This document shows positions 20,899 through 31,000 of a stretch of DNA of 64,000 nucleotides, one piece after another. Position 1 is the stretch's first letter. Each line of letters starts with the position of its first letter. Source of the stretch: Blastocatellia bacterium. Its GTDB lineage: Bacteria > Acidobacteriota > Blastocatellia > Pyrinomonadales > Pyrinomonadaceae. The stretch lies in assembly GCA_963786645.1 (NCBI GenBank), contig CAWAZW010000003.1, positions 6,410 to 70,409 of the forward strand, written 5' to 3'. Both the position numbers and the translations under genes were made by a program. The notes beneath the pieces were generated by a model that had not been told where the DNA came from, searched no databases, and was given only the letters and a program-made list of their open reading frames with translations.

Positions 20899-23390
20899 TT
20901 GAACCAAACAATTCGCCTATTATGTCTTGCCGCACTTCTGGTGCTGACAACTGCTTCGGCAAAGTCAGTTCTGGCCCAGGACATCACCACGCTCGAAAAA
21001 ATTGGACCGGTTGCAAGCTTTACCAAAACAGAACGTGGTGTCACATTCAATTGCCGCGACAATTCCCAGGTGCAAGTCTCGGTTTTAGCCGCTGATTTAA
21101 TTCGCGTTCGAGTGTCTTTCGCCAAGCCCATTCCAACGAAAGACCACTCCTGGGCAATTGCCAGGAACGATTGGTCGCCGACGCGTTGGAGCATCACCGA
21201 AACTGCCGAGGCAGTCGTCATAAGCACCGATGAAATCGAGGTCTTAGTGCGTCGCATGCCGTTGCTGATTGAATTTCGCGACGCCAAGACACATGCGCCG
21301 ATCAATTCCGACGAGCAGCCAATGGCTTACGATGCGAAAGGGCTGCTGAAGAATATGTTGTTTGACCCCAGTGCGGGAATGTTTGTGGCGGCATCGAAGA
21401 AACTTGGCTTCGATGAACATTTTTACGGACTCGGTGAAAAAGCTGCGCGACTCGACAAGCGTCGTAGCTCTTTCATTAACTGGAATTCCGACACGCCGGG
21501 ATACACCGAAGGCAAAGATCCGATTTACCAAACCATTCCGTTCTACATCGGACTCACGGGACCGCACTGCCTACGGAATTTTCTTTGACAACAGCTACCG
21601 GAGTTATTTTGACTTCGGAAAATCTTCGCAGCAGCGCGCGTGGTTTGGAGCTGAGGGCGGCGAGCTAAACTACTACTTTTTCTATGGGCCATCGATAAAG
21701 AAGATTCTAAGCCGCTACGCTGACCTGACTGGTCACATGCCGATGCCACCTTTGTGGGCGCTGGGCCACCAGCAGAGCCGTTGGAGTTATTACCCCGACA
21801 CGATGGTCGAGGAAGTTGTGAGGCAATATCGCCAGCGAGATTTACCGCTTGATGTGGTGCACCTCGACATCGATTACATGCAAGGCTACCGGGTGTTCAC
21901 CTGGGACAGAAGTCGCTTTCCAAGTCCCAAATCGTTAGCTGAGAAACTCGGCAGGCAGGGGGTGAAGTTAGTAACGATCGTCGATCCGGGAGTCAAGCAT
22001 CAACCTGTTCCACCGAGTACTGGGCGCGTTACTTCCATAACTCCGGAACTGGAGCCTCAGGAGCAGCGCTATTACGTCTTCGACCAGGGACTCGAGCGCA
22101 AGTACTTTCAACGTCGGAAGAATGGCGACTTGTTTGTCCCCAGGGTGTGGCCCGGCGAAAGCGTATTCGTGGACTACACATTGCCCGACGCTCGCTCATG
22201 GTGGGGCGCTCTGCACCGCGCTTACCTTGACCACGGCGTCGCCGGTATTTGGACCGACATGAACGAGCCGTCTGACTTTGTCGATCAAACCGGCAAGAAT
22301 CAAATTGACGTGGTGAGTCATGACGAAGGGGAAAAGTCGACGCACGCAAAAAACCGGAACGTGTTTGCCCTTCTGATGGCCCGAGTCAACCTACGAGGGG
22401 CTGCAGAAACTTCGGCCGAACGAGCGTCCTTACGTCATCACGCGCGCCGGGTATGCCGGCATTCAGCGGTATTCGACCATGTGGACCGGCGACACCAATA
22501 GCACATGGGAATCGCTGCAGCTCAGTGTTCCGATGTTTGCAACGCTTGGACTTTCGGGGGAACCATTTGTCGGCGGCGATGTCGGCGGATTTATTGGCCG
22601 CGGCAACGGCGAGTTGCTGGTGCGTTCGTATCAGGTGAGTTTTCTCGCGCCCTTTTGTCGCAATCACAAGGTGATCGACGGTTACGATCAGGAGCCGTGG
22701 CGCTTTGGAAAACACTACGAAGACATCATTCGCAAGTATCTGAAGTTGCGGTATCAGTTGCTGCCCTTTCTCTACACCACCCTGGAGGAGGCACACCGGA
22801 CTGGGGTGCCGCCGTTTCGCCCGCTGGTGCTGAACTACCAGGACGATCCCAATACTTACAATCTCGACGATCAGTTCATGATCGGAAACGATCTGCTGGC
22901 GGCGCCTGTGTTGAAGCCAGACGTGACCAGGCGGTTGGTCTATTTGCCGAAAGGTGTTTGGTACGATTACTGGACCAACAAGAAGTATGAAGGCGGCACG
23001 ACAATAACCGTCGACGCTCCACTGGAGACCGTGCCGCTGTTCGTGCGAGGTGGCGCCATTATTCCGAGCGGCCCCCGATTGAATTTTGTGAACGAAAAGC
23101 CGGTCGACCCGATCACATTCAGCATCTATCCTGACAGTAATGGCGCCGCGTCAACTTTACTCTACGAAGATGACGGGATCAGTCCGGCTTATGAACAGCA
23201 GGGCTTTCGCAGAACAACCATCAACGTCGAACGGTCTGCAACCGGCTACACGGTGACGATGGGAGCTCCATCAGGTCTTTATAAACCTGGCCCACGAAAT
23301 TTTGCCTTTGTAATAAAGTCAGAAAGCAGGGTGCCCCGGGTGACGACGGTTCCGGATGATGGCACTCCCCGCAAACTTACGATCAGATAA
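20899..23390 (+). CDS. GH31 alpha-glucosidase (2 frameshifts)
   Basis: Fragments 20899-21588, 21362-22501 and 22479-23390. Motifs are WNSDTPGY, DVVHLDIDYM, GIWTDMNEPS, WTGDTNSTWESL and FCRNH. Confidence 0.85.
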
Positions 23391-23411
23391 CTTACTGAAG
23401 CAGTCCAGTCT

Positions 23412-23603
23412 CCTCTCCCTTTGGGAGAGGGCAGGGGAGAGGGCTTGGGAGCGAACAAGACTCTTGTAATTTGTAGGTAGCGTCAACTCCTGTTAGGTTG
23501 CGCATTATGCAAACGTGACCCGGACTGCGAACGTTGACGCTTCCTACAGGACAAAAAGGTATGTCGTCGCAAGCCCTCCCCTAACCCCTCCCAAAGGGAG
23601 GGG
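23412..23603. repeat. Inverted pair of a ~38-bp G/C-rich unit flanking a nested inverted repeat (MITE-like element or convergent terminators)
   Basis: Left unit cctctccctttgggagagggcaggggagagggcttg (23412-23447). The reverse complement of 23568-23603 is cccctccctttgggaggggttaggggagggcttgcg. Each unit contains a triloop hairpin: cctctccc-ttt-gggagagg and cccctccc-aaa-gggagggg. The inner inverted repeat is tgtaggtagcgtcaac (23472-23487) with gttgacgcttcctaca (23533-23548). Confidence 0.5.
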
Positions 23604-23675
23604 AACTCTCGTTTCCTCCACAGCGATGCAGTGTAACTCGTTGCACTTCCATGTTGAATTCGCGATCACCATCTG

Positions 23676-25113
23676 TTACGAAGCTTTTCTTAGGCGTCGG
23701 TTTGTCACGCGCACGGGTTTAGCATATTTGACCAGGCCGACGTATCCCATCGCCCGCGGAATCTCTCCGTTTTGCATGAACCAGCGCCAAACATTTCCGG
23801 TTCGCATATTCTCCGCACTCAGAAGAATTATTCCGACATTGATCCCAATCGCATCGCTGTCTACCCAACCAGTATTGGGATTGAATGCGTCGACGAAGCC
23901 ATACTTCCCGTAGATCTGCTTGCCATACTGATCGTGCATGGCGCGCAGAGCACTAACTGAGATTTCAGGAGTAAACATCAGCGAGCCGCCCGCGGCAGAA
24001 GGTACTACCGTACCGTCAATTGCCGGGTCGCGGGGCGGGCCACCCCACGCCAAATAACCTTTAGCGCTATCCGAGGCAGTGATACCCCAAACATTTGGTC
24101 CGATACCCGGGAAATTCGTGAGACAGGATTATGCAGAACGCGCGATGGGCCAACGTGGCGCTCTTCGAATTCTCAAAATAGTCGATGCGATCGCCTCTCG
24201 TCTCCCGACGATTTCGATAATCGATCCAGGCATGCGCGTACTGGTGCATAAACAATGGAACGCCAATAGTTGTGAAGTAAGCGTGACCTTCATAGCGATA
24301 GCGATCACGCCACAACGCGTACCAGGCATTCGGCGAAATCGGATGTGTCGGCGACCCGATTGCGAGCAAATAAAGAATGGTGTCTTCGCTATAAGTGTCC
24401 CATCGAGGTTTTAGAAAGCCTGTCTCCGGTTTCCACCCATGGGACAATAACGTTGCGTGCCCGTTAAGCATCCAGCGGAAATCGGTGCGTTCATAGATCT
24501 TTGTTGCCAGTCGAACTATCTCGGCATCGTTTCGATAATACTGTCGCGCCGTAAGGATTCCGCCGAGTAATAAAGCAGTGTCAATAGAAGAGACCTCGCT
24601 TTGCCAGCGCCTTTCGCCCGTTTTCGCATCCAGCCAATGGTAGAACCAGCCGTGTTTCTGGAAGGCCTTGTCCGCAAAAAAGCGCAGTGTATTGCGCACA
24701 CGTTCACGGGCCTGTTCGGAAGTGATCCATTTTCGCTCGGCGGCAATGCAAAGAGCAGTCAAACCAAAACCCGTAGCTGCGATACTCGCAACATTGCGGT
24801 GACTTTCCTGTAAAGGCGAACCATCCATCCGGGCGCGGTCGGGAACCAAACCGGTGTTGGGATCGGCTTGCTCCCAGAAGTATTGAAACGACCGGCGCGA
24901 AAGGTCTTCAAGAAAAGCCTCATCGCGTTGGTCAATACGCGCGGTCTGGATAGGTTTTGTTCTGAAACCTTCCGCCGGACGCTGCTGCGCTATGTTGTAT
25001 TGAGCGAGGGAGATCAATAGCAAGAAAACTGCTACCAATCTGGAAAGAAGTTTGGGAAATGCCGCTATTGGATTCAAGGTTTGCTGTGACTGAGCGGATT
25101 CTTCGAGGCTCAC
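23676..25113 (-). CDS. GH144-like 'glucoamylase family' glycosidase (putative endo-beta-1,2-glucanase family; 1 frameshift)
   Basis: Fragments 24067-25113 and 23676-24053. It has a signal peptide. FWEQADPNTGLVPDR, SIAATGFGLTAL, HGWFYHWLDAKTGER, SSIDTALLLGGIL and GFVDAFNPNTGW match my memory of the PF10091/GH144 family. GTG start at 25113. Confidence 0.65.
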
Positions 25114-25116
25114 AAT

Positions 25117-25335
25117 CTATCCATTCTTAATGCGTGTCTGGTTGCGGCTCTTATAAAACACTGCAGCCGAGATCAAAAAAATCGCGGCAGCAGCGAATTG
25201 CATCGCAATATCGAACGTGCTCTTCACTGGCAGGCTCATATTCAAGAACGAGGGGGCGAAAATGTCCCGAAGACCGGCCATTAACATCACCAGCCCGGTA
25301 GCCAGAAGAAGCATAATTACAGTTCTTAAATTCAT
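25117..25335 (-). CDS. small 2-TM membrane protein (paralog B), unknown function
   Basis: 72 aa with two hydrophobic helices. It shares GLRDIFAPxF..MS and DI..QF..AA.FL..AA with the upstream 74-aa ORF. Its stop is 3 nt before the GH144-like start. Confidence 0.6.
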   Translation of the reverse strand: MNLRTVIMLLLATGLVMLMAGLRDIFAPSFLNMSLPVKSTFDIAMQFAAAAIFLISAAVFYKSRNQTRIKNG

Positions 25336-25372
25336 TTTATTCTTTGCATCTGCGGAGCTTATCTTTGCCTAC

Positions 25373-25597
25373 TTAAACCTTCTCTTTATTGCGCAGCCCA
25401 CGTTCAAAGCCACCTCTGCTTGCGAATGCGGCCAAAAGAAGGAACGCTGCCGCCGACACAAACTGCAGGACGATGTCAGTTCGGCCAGGTATTCGCGGAC
25501 TCATACTGAAAAAGCCTGGAGCAAAGATGTCGCGCAGACCACTAATGACTCCGAGCACTCCCGCAATCAGAAAGCCCCATACTGCTATTCGTTTCAT
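25373..25597 (-). CDS. small 2-TM membrane protein (paralog A), unknown function
   Basis: 74 aa. The ATG at 25597 lies 1 nt after the GH3 stop (TGA 25601-25599). A GGGAGG Shine-Dalgarno sequence sits inside the GH3 3' end. Confidence 0.6.
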   Translation of the reverse strand: MKRIAVWGFLIAGVLGVISGLRDIFAPGFFSMSPRIPGRTDIVLQFVSAAAFLLLAAFASRGGFERGLRNKEKV

Positions 25598-25598
25598 T

Positions 25599-27839
25599 TC
25601 ACCTCCCTACGTTCTCACTGTCCAGTAACTTGAAAAGTTGTCTCAACGAGTCTTGTGAGTTTGCTCCTACCATTACTTTAAATTCACCTGGCTCTACCAC
25701 AAACTTCATCTCACGATTATAGAAGCCAAGATGTCAGGAGTTAGCTCGAAACTGAACCTGCGTTTTCTGTCCCGGTTGAAGGCTGACCCGACGAAAACCC
25801 TTCAGTTCTTTTACCGGGCGAGTTACGCTCGCCGCCATGTCGCGAATGTAGAGTTGAACCACTTCATCGCCCGCGCGTTTGCCGACGTTCTCCACTTCCA
25901 CTGTTACCGTCAAACTACCGTTAGTGCCCACGCGTTGAGCGCTCAGTTGCGGGTTAGTAAATCTTGAACTTCGTGTAGCTGAGTCCAAAACCAAAAGGGA
26001 ATTGCGGCGTCCAGGGCACATCAAGATACTTGGAAGTGTATTTATTTTTCGCATCCGGCGGCCGGCCAGTATTTTTGTGGTTGTAGTAAAGCGGCACCTG
26101 TCCGACGGCTCGCGGAAACGTTACCGGCAACTTCCCGCCGGGATTCACATCACCAAACAACACATCAGCAATCGCATGCCCTGCTTGTGTGCCTGCAAAC
26201 CACGTCTCAAGAATCGCCGGCGAATTCTCAGCCGCCCAGTTGATCGTGAGTGGACGACCGTTCATTAAAACAACTGCATACGGTTTCCCGGTCGCATGAA
26301 TAGCTTTGATCAACTGCATTTGCGTGCCCGGTAAATCAAGCGAGCTGCGCGACGCCGCTTCACCGCTCATCTCCGCGGATTCGCCGACAGCAACTATTAC
26401 AACGTCGGATTCGCGAGCGATGCGAACGGCTTCATCGAATCCGGCAGTCGAATCGTCGTTAAGTTCGCAACCTTTGGCATATTTGATGATCGTTTGTGGC
26501 GATACTTTTGATTTAACTCCGGCCAGCAGCGTGACTGCATCCTCCGGTTTGCCGTCGCCTGTCCACGAGCCAATCATGTCCTTCTGGCTATCCGCTAATG
26601 GGCCAATGATCGCAATTGTCTTAAGTGTCTTGCTCAGCGGCAGCACATCACCTTCATTCTTCAGAAGCACAAGCGAGCGAGCGGCAATTTCGCGCGCAGC
26701 GGCGAGATGTTCGGGTGTGAATATCGAGCTGGCTTCTCGCGTTTCGTCGGCGTAAGGTTTCTCAAAAAGTCCGAGTCGAAACTTAATGCGCAGAATGCGG
26801 CGCACTGCTTCGTCGATCCTGGCCAGTGAGAGTTTTCGCTCCTTGAGAAGTTCCGCTCCATGCTTGTTGTAAAGCCGGCTGACCATCTCCATGTCAGTAC
26901 CGGCGTTGAGCCCTGCTTCGGCTGCTTCTTTCTCGGTTGCGGCGAGTCCGTGATTCATGAGCTCTCTGACGGATTCGTAATCACTTACAACCATGCCATC
27001 AAACTTCCATTCGTTGCGCGAGCACCTGCGTCAACGTGAACGGGTTGGCCGAAGTAGGCACGCCATTGAGATCATTGAAGGCACTCATGAATGTGCCGAC
27101 TCCCGCATCCACCGCTGCCTTGAAAGGAGGAAAATAAACTTCGCGCAGAGTGCGTTCGGACATATCTGTGGTGTTGTAGTCGCGTCCTGCTTCAGCTGCT
27201 CCATAAGCCACCCAATGCTTTGCGCAGGCGACGACCTTGTCATGTGCGCTGTAGTTATTGCCCTGGAAACCCAGCACGCGGGCGCGAGCCATTGCCGAGC
27301 CAAGAAATGGATCCTCACCTGAGCCTTCAGCGATTCTTCCCCAGCGTGCATCGCGGGCGATGTCGACCATCGGCGCGAATGTCCAGTGGACTCCTGCCGC
27401 CCTTGCTTCTTTCGCTGCAATCGAGGCACTCCGCTCCACGGCTGCCGGATCCCAGGTTGCGGCTTCGCCGAGCGGGAATTGGAAAGACAGTGCGATAGCC
27501 GTGAATCACATCGAAACCAAATAAGATTGGTATCTTCAGGCGCGACTCATTCATCGCCACCCGCTGTAGCTGATTGGTTCGTGCTGCACCGCGCACATTC
27601 AGCGTGGATCCCAGAAGCCCTTTGCGGACCATCTCCACGTGCTCGGGGCGAAAGTTTCCGTTGGCTTCGCCGTCGAGTTGCTGCAGCTGGCCCAGCTTCT
27701 CTTCCAGCGTCATGCGTGCGAGCAATGAATTGATCCGCTGCTCAATGCGATCCTGCGGAGAACTCTCGACGGGGCTGGTGAAAGTGAAGTGAGGACCGCG
27801 AGGACCACTAGCAGGCAACTTAACTTCACTGACTTCATC
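25599..27839 (-). CDS. GH3 beta-glucosidase (BglX type, with Fn3-like C-terminal domain; at least 5 frameshifts)
   Basis: Fragments 27327-27818, 26999-27439, 25954-26994 and 25734-26054. An unlisted signal-peptide piece starts at ATG 27839 (MKSVKLSCLLVVLAVL). An unlisted tail reads ...FYNREMKFVVEPGEFKVMVGANSQD. Motifs are MTLEEKLGQLQQ, DVIHGYRT, GFQG and VVSDYES. Confidence 0.85.
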
Positions 27840-27882
27840 TAGATTTTTCCTCCGGCGTACAGTAATGAACAGAGTTAGACCT

Positions 27883-28024
27883 GGCTCCGTAGGAGCCGAA
27901 TGTTTATAGACAAAGGCTAGGTTTAGAACATGCGCTCCAGCGGAGCGCTATGTTCATGGGGATGCACGTTACGTTTCGCTCCATGGGCAGGATAATTGCG
28001 AAATCGCTGGTTCTATAAACATTG
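27883..28024. repeat. cluster of degenerate REP/MITE-like units (GCTCC-N3-GGAGC hairpin + ATGTTTATAG)
   Basis: The units are ggctccgtaggagcc+gaatgtttatagac (27883-27911) and gcgctccagcggagcgc+tatgttcatgg (27932-27958). An inverted degenerate copy, ttctataaacattg, lies at 28011-28024. Confidence 0.4.
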
Positions 28025-28050
28025 TCTACGGAAAACGGGCAAATGCAAAT

Positions 28051-28071
28051 GGATGGGCTACACGCCCATCC
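28051..28071 (-). terminator. hairpin terminator downstream of the minus-strand TBDR
   Basis: ggatgggc-tacac-gcccatcc, an 8-bp perfect stem. It starts 25 nt after the TBDR stop and is followed on the minus strand by ATTTGCATTT. Confidence 0.45.
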
Positions 28072-28095
28072 ATTGCCTGGATTCCGTGCGCGAGA

Positions 28096-31000
28096 TCAGA
28101 AGCTGAATCGAAATTGCAGCTCTGTGACTCGTCCAGCAAGGGCGCTTAAAGCGCGCCCGAAGTCTCCCCGTATTAGTGAAATCGGTATTGCTCCGCCCGC
28201 CGGTTTGGAACGGAGGAAGGTTGAGAATATTGAAGACGTTGAAGAAGTTGGCCCGAACTTCAAGGTTCGCGGCTTCACCGAGATGAAGAAAACTCGGCAG
28301 TCTCGTCTGCTTGACGACGCTGAGATCCACTGACCGGTAGTTTGGCCCTCGGAAAGAATTCCGCCCGACACCCGCAGGACCGCGCAGAAGCGTCGTCACA
28401 CAGTGGACCGGAAAGTTGTTGCAATCTTCGATAACGCCAAACGCGTTGCGTCCGCCATTTGGGAAAAGACCGTTGATAAAGTCCTGATTCGTCGGGTTCG
28501 CAATCGCGCCGCCAAAGTATTGCGTCGGAAAGTCGTTACCTTTGCCATCGCCGTTAGCATCGTTGGCTGCGTCGCCGGGACGATCAAAGAAGCAGCAACC
28601 CTGCTGAGGCGTCCAGGGGAAACCTGAATGGAGCTGAAGAATGCCGTTGATCTGGAATCCGCCAAACGCTTTGCCGACAAAATCTGAGCGATTGCGGAAG
28701 AGCGGAATGTCCCACAGTCCGGTCAGAATGAAGTTGTGACGAACATCGAAATCCGATGGCCCACGATTGAGTCGCTGATCGCTTGGATCGGTTTGTTGTG
28801 CGCCGCGACCAAACGAGCTGGTATCAATGCTCTTAGCCCATCGATAAACGCCCTCCATCTGGAAGCCGCCGGTGTATCGTCGCGTTGCACGCAGGATCAT
28901 CGCGTTGTAGCTCGAATTCACGTCGGGCAGCGGAAAGAAGATGCGATCAAAGTTCGGGTTCCCCGTCAGTCGCGGCGTGATCGGAGTGCCATTAGCTGTC
29001 GCCTCCTGCACTTCATCTTTCTGGTTGACGCAACCGATGCAGTTGAAAGAGTCGCCAGGATAGTAGCGATTAAGGTCAACGGTGCGAATGAGCTTTCGAC
29101 CCATGCTCCCCTGATATCCGAGCGAGGTGGCAATTGCCGTATGGAAGTTGATATTGAAAATCCAGCGAGTAACTGTACACATAGGCGTTCGGCAGGTCCC
29201 TGGGCGCTCCATTGATCTCGATGGGAATGTCACGCCGGATAAAGCCGCCGGGCAGTGTCACCGGGCCACCCGGAATAAGTAGCCCACCCGTTATCGGATC
29301 GATACCACCGCGCAGGGCCGGGTTGGCCGGATACGACAATGGGTTACTGGGCGAACCGAAAGAATAGAGAATCTGACCCGTTCCATCCGGGTCGGTTGGG
29401 GTGCCGCAACAGAGGCCTACACCTGCTGCCGAGAACGGAGTATTGAAACCGCGAGTTGTTGAAGAGATTTGTGAAGTGGCGATCATAGAAGATGCCGAAC
29501 CCGGCGCGAATGACTAGTTTGTCCTCGCCAAGAAGATTCCTCAGCGTTCCCTCATTAAAACGCGGACTCCAGGCGATACCGAGACGCGGCGCGAAGTTGT
29601 TTAAATCGCTATCGTACAGCTTATCGACTCGGACTACGCGACCATCAATCACGCCGTTCGGGCCAAATTCGTAGTTGCTCAGTCGCCCTTGAGTTTCGGT
29701 AAGCGGCGATTGGTATTCCCATCGCATTCCCAGATTAACAGTTAGGTTTGGTCGGAACTTCCAGTCGTCCTGCACAAACAAACCAACTGAACCCGTGCGG
29801 AAATAGCGCTGGCTGTCGGGCGGCGCACCTGTTAACGGATCAATGTCCTGTGTGTTTTCAAAGAAGGGCGCGTCGTTGGCCAGAGAGAGTATGTTGTCGA
29901 AAGAATACTCGGGCCGCGAGCGTATGCGCCGGTTGCTGTTGTCCTGCTCGCGGCGAACTTCGCCACCGAACTTGAACGCCTGATTGCCGCGCACCCAGGT
30001 CAGAGTATCGCGAACTTCGAACGTGTTTTGAGTTAGGACTTTCGGAAGTGCTGAATCAATGCCGTAGTTCAAACCGCCACCGCCGGGAATGCCCAAGCCA
30101 GGCCCACCGGTGAAGTTGAAGCCGTTGGTATTCAGCGCCGGGATGACTAGATTCGCTGCACCCAGACTCTTCACTTCGTCATCATGAAAGCGGGTGAAGT
30201 TGAAGCGTGCCTCGTTGAGAAGCGTCGGCGAAATCGTGCGTATCCAGGTTGCGGTTGCAGCCGTGTTAACGGGCTCAAACAATATGTCCTGGAAAGGACG
30301 TCCCGACCGGGAGGCCGCAAAATCGCTAAGTTTAGTTATGTAGGTGCTAACTGCGAACTGGTTATCGCCGTGATTGTAGTCGATGCGCGTGTTGTACTGG
30401 TTGCCCTTAGTGCTGTTGGGAAATGCCACGCGCGCGAATGTCACGTCGGGTATTCCGTCGAGGGTTTGTATCGCGCCGATCTTTTGACCTTGTGGTCGGT
30501 TTATTGAGCCAATGTCGTAGCTCAAGCCTGCCGCACCGATAATGGGCGTTCCGTTTGGTGGCGCACCTGGTGTCAATCCCTGAGTGACGATACGGGGCGC
30601 AATGCCGGAAACGCTGAAGAGCTGTGCCGCCAGACTATTGGGCCGTACGTTCTGTACGTATTGACGAAACTCGGGCGTCTCGACAAACAGGTCTTGAAAG
30701 GTGGTGCTGCTTCGGCGGAGACCCTCGTAGGAAAAGAAGAAGAACAACCTGTTCTTACCACTGAAATAGCTGGGACCACCCTCGCCAAATCGTGGCAAAT
30801 AGATTGGCCCACCCAGGCTGCCGGCGAACTTTCTTTCCCAAATGTCCACCTTCTCCGGACAGCGGCTGGCGGTGAACGCCTTACCCTGGCAGATGAGATT
30901 GGTGGCAGGGATATTGTCTGGGCCACGATACTTATTAAATGCGTTCAGTTTCGGCGAGCCATAATTGAAAACTGCGCTGCCGTGAAAATCGTTGGTACCG

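Noticed and set aside
23515-23913. 132-aa plus-strand ORF spanning the inverted-repeat element and the 3' end of the GH144-like gene.
   Set aside because: It starts inside the palindromic repeat and runs antisense to a conserved C-terminal glycosidase segment. It is most likely spurious.
25117-25597. The two 2-TM mini-ORFs being one 4-TM gene split by a sequencing indel.
   Set aside because: Each has its own ATG and basic N-terminus. The first ends in a hydrophilic tail. The 37-nt spacer does not continue either frame sensibly. This is not fully excluded given the error rate.
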